Shown here: positions 62,906 through 64,000 of the stretch, piece after piece
How positions within the stretch are numbered: the first letter of the stretch is position 1
How the letters are laid out: every line of letters begins with the position of its first letter
Origin: Candidatus Nealsonbacteria bacterium
GTDB lineage: Bacteria; Patescibacteriota; Minisyncoccia; Minisyncoccales; MHMH01
NCBI GenBank assembly: GCA_043813805.1
Contig: JBDRKR010000010.1
Location: forward strand, 16,696-80,695
Length of the DNA stretch: 64,000 nucleotides
Reading direction: 5' to 3'
Notes under the pieces: model-generated
Database searches by the model: none
What the model saw: only the letters and a program-made list of their open reading frames with translations
Told to the model about the DNA's origin: nothing
Program-made: the position numbers and the translations under genes

Positions 62906-64000
62906 AGAATTTGTTGAAAATTATCGTATTATCGGCATTAGTCTCGGTTTTGGTTATGCCGGGACTTTTTATTTCAGCCAACCCGAGTCCTTCCGAAGAA
63001 AGACAGGCTCTGGAGCTGGAATTAAAACAGCTTGAAGATCAGATTGCCCAGTATAAAAAGGACATTACTAAAACCGAGCAGGACAAAAAAACCCTGGAAA
63101 ACAAGATTTATATTCTACAGAACACAATTAAAAAACTGGACCTGCAAATCAGCCAAAGCAATATTATTATTAAGGATCTGGGGTTACAGATTACGGATAC
63201 CGAAGATTCAATCGATAAAACCGCTTTGAAAATCGAAGAAGGGAAAACCAGGCTGTCCGCCATTCTGCAAGAAACCTACGAAGAAGACCAGCGCCCTTTG
63301 ATCGAAATACTGATCTCGGAAGGGATTTCAGATTTTTTTGATAATTTAGTGGCGCTGGAAGCTCTTAATGTAAAAAATCAGGAACTTTTAACTAATATCA
63401 AAGCGCTCAAATTGTATCTGGAAGACCAGAAAGAATCTTTAGACGATGAAAAAAGCTCTTTAGAAAAACAAGTAGCCATTCAGGCGCTGCAACGGCAGCA
63501 GAGCACTGCGACTAAGTCCCAACAGGATTCTCTGCTGAAGCTGACCGAAGCCGAATACCAAAAACAACTCGCCGAAAAGAGCAATGCGGAAAAACAAGCT
63601 CAAGTTATACGAAGCAGGATTTTTGAATTAATCGGCGTGCCTGAAGCTCCCACCTTCGAAGAGGCTTACAATATCGCTAAGTTCGCTTCAGATCAAATAG
63701 GCATCAGGCCCGCACTGTTGTTGGCTGTTTTAACGCAGGAATCAAATATCGGAAAAAATGTCGGCCAGTGTTATTTAAAAGATACGACGACCGGAGATGG
63801 CGTGAGGGTTAACGGAGCGTCTATCTCTAAAGTTATGAAGCCGACTCGGGACGTAAAGCCGTTTTTACAAATAACAAAAGCCCTGGGGAGAGACCCCTTA
63901 AACACTCCCGTTTCTTGCCCGATTCCTTCGGTTGGGGGATACGGAGGAGCTATGGGACCCGCCCAGTTCATTCCTTCTACTTGGGTGATGTATGAAAATC
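62902..64000 (+). CDS. Partial (3'-truncated by window end) signal-anchored coiled-coil protein with C-terminal lytic-transglycosylase (SLT)-like domain; absent from the supplied ORF track
   Basis: ATGA overlap with the rplY stop. MKNLLKIIVLSALVSVLVMPGLF signal/anchor, then about 230 aa of heptad-rich coiled coil, then ...ESNIGKNVGQCYLKD...GAMGPAQFIPSTW. The last stretch matches the SLT E-S ... GLMQ-type active-site region. Confidence 0.6.
   Translation, partial: MKNLLKIIVLSALVSVLVMPGLFISANPSPSEERQALELELKQLEDQIAQYKKDITKTEQDKKTLENKIYILQNTIKKLDLQISQSNIIIKDLGLQITDTEDSIDKTALKIEEGKTRLSAILQETYEEDQRPLIEILISEGISDFFDNLVALEALNVKNQELLTNIKALKLYLEDQKESLDDEKSSLEKQVAIQALQRQQSTATKSQQDSLLKLTEAEYQKQLAEKSNAEKQAQVIRSRIFELIGVPEAPTFEEAYNIAKFASDQIGIRPALLLAVLTQESNIGKNVGQCYLKDTTTGDGVRVNGASISKVMKPTRDVKPFLQITKALGRDPLNTPVSCPIPSVGGYGGAMGPAQFIPSTWVMYEN

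Noticed and set aside
62712-63035. K/R-rich 107-aa ORF overlapping the rplY tail and the next gene
   Set aside because: It is an alternative frame of the lysine/glutamate-rich L25 tail (AAG/GAA-rich DNA). It has no independent start signals.
1-64000. CRISPR array, tRNA/rRNA genes, IS elements
   Set aside because: No run of regularly spaced direct repeats with unique spacers exists, since the palindromic repeats are single and dispersed. I could not find tRNA-like GTTCGAATC/T-loop strings or rRNA-like conserved blocks by eye. I recognised no transposase or integrase-like protein.

Overview
The window is about 40% GC, gene-dense and almost entirely + strand coded. It looks like a small streamlined anaerobic bacterial genome, most consistent with Candidate Phyla Radiation / Patescibacteria. 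This is inferred from several things seen together. There is a fermentative core: pyruvate phosphate dikinase, PEP synthase, enolase, GAPDH, PGM, a PfkB kinase, class II aldolase, ADP-forming acetyl-CoA synthetase, a [FeFe]-hydrogenase HydA with a NuoF-like partner, ferredoxin and superoxide reductase. Alongside these are type IV pilins, an FtsZ with a long basic tail, many DUF-type small membrane proteins, and no respiratory chain. No rRNA, tRNA, CRISPR array, transposase or integrase could be recognised by eye.

Many genes are expressed from recognisable sigma70-type promoters. Several of these promoters sit only 6-8 nt upstream of the ATG, so the transcripts are apparently leaderless, while other genes carry strong AGGAGG Shine-Dalgarno sites. 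Intergenic DNA is rich in GC hairpin plus T-run terminators, each usually followed directly by the next gene's TTGACA -35 box. It also contains at least three families of short dispersed palindromic repeats.

The most interesting locus is a self-contained operon at 32.5-34.0 kb. It encodes a radical-SAM/SPASM enzyme and, overlapping its 3' end, a protein carrying three KYGP(S/P)EP-type repeats. This is a candidate RiPP-like peptide-modification system.

Other loci worth follow-up:
- An HTH-GHKL kinase plus a STAS-like DUF4325 protein, sitting directly upstream of the desulfoferrodoxin gene.
- A DUF3800 gene, a Pif1 helicase and a truncated NYN-domain ORF in a row.
- An operon of four unknown small proteins.
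- A RhuM-Fic gene inserted between typA and ychF.
- An ATP-cone-nuclease fusion.
- A 708-aa protein with a C-terminal pilin-like domain.
- A nucleotidyltransferase (AbiEii-like) with a leaderless upstream micro-ORF.
- A locus of higher apparent GC bracketed by two copies of the 30-bp palindromic repeat.
- A high-GC secreted protein behind a long structured leader containing a start-stop micro-ORF.

All functional calls rest on motif recognition by eye. GC statements are visual estimates. Nothing was searched against a database.
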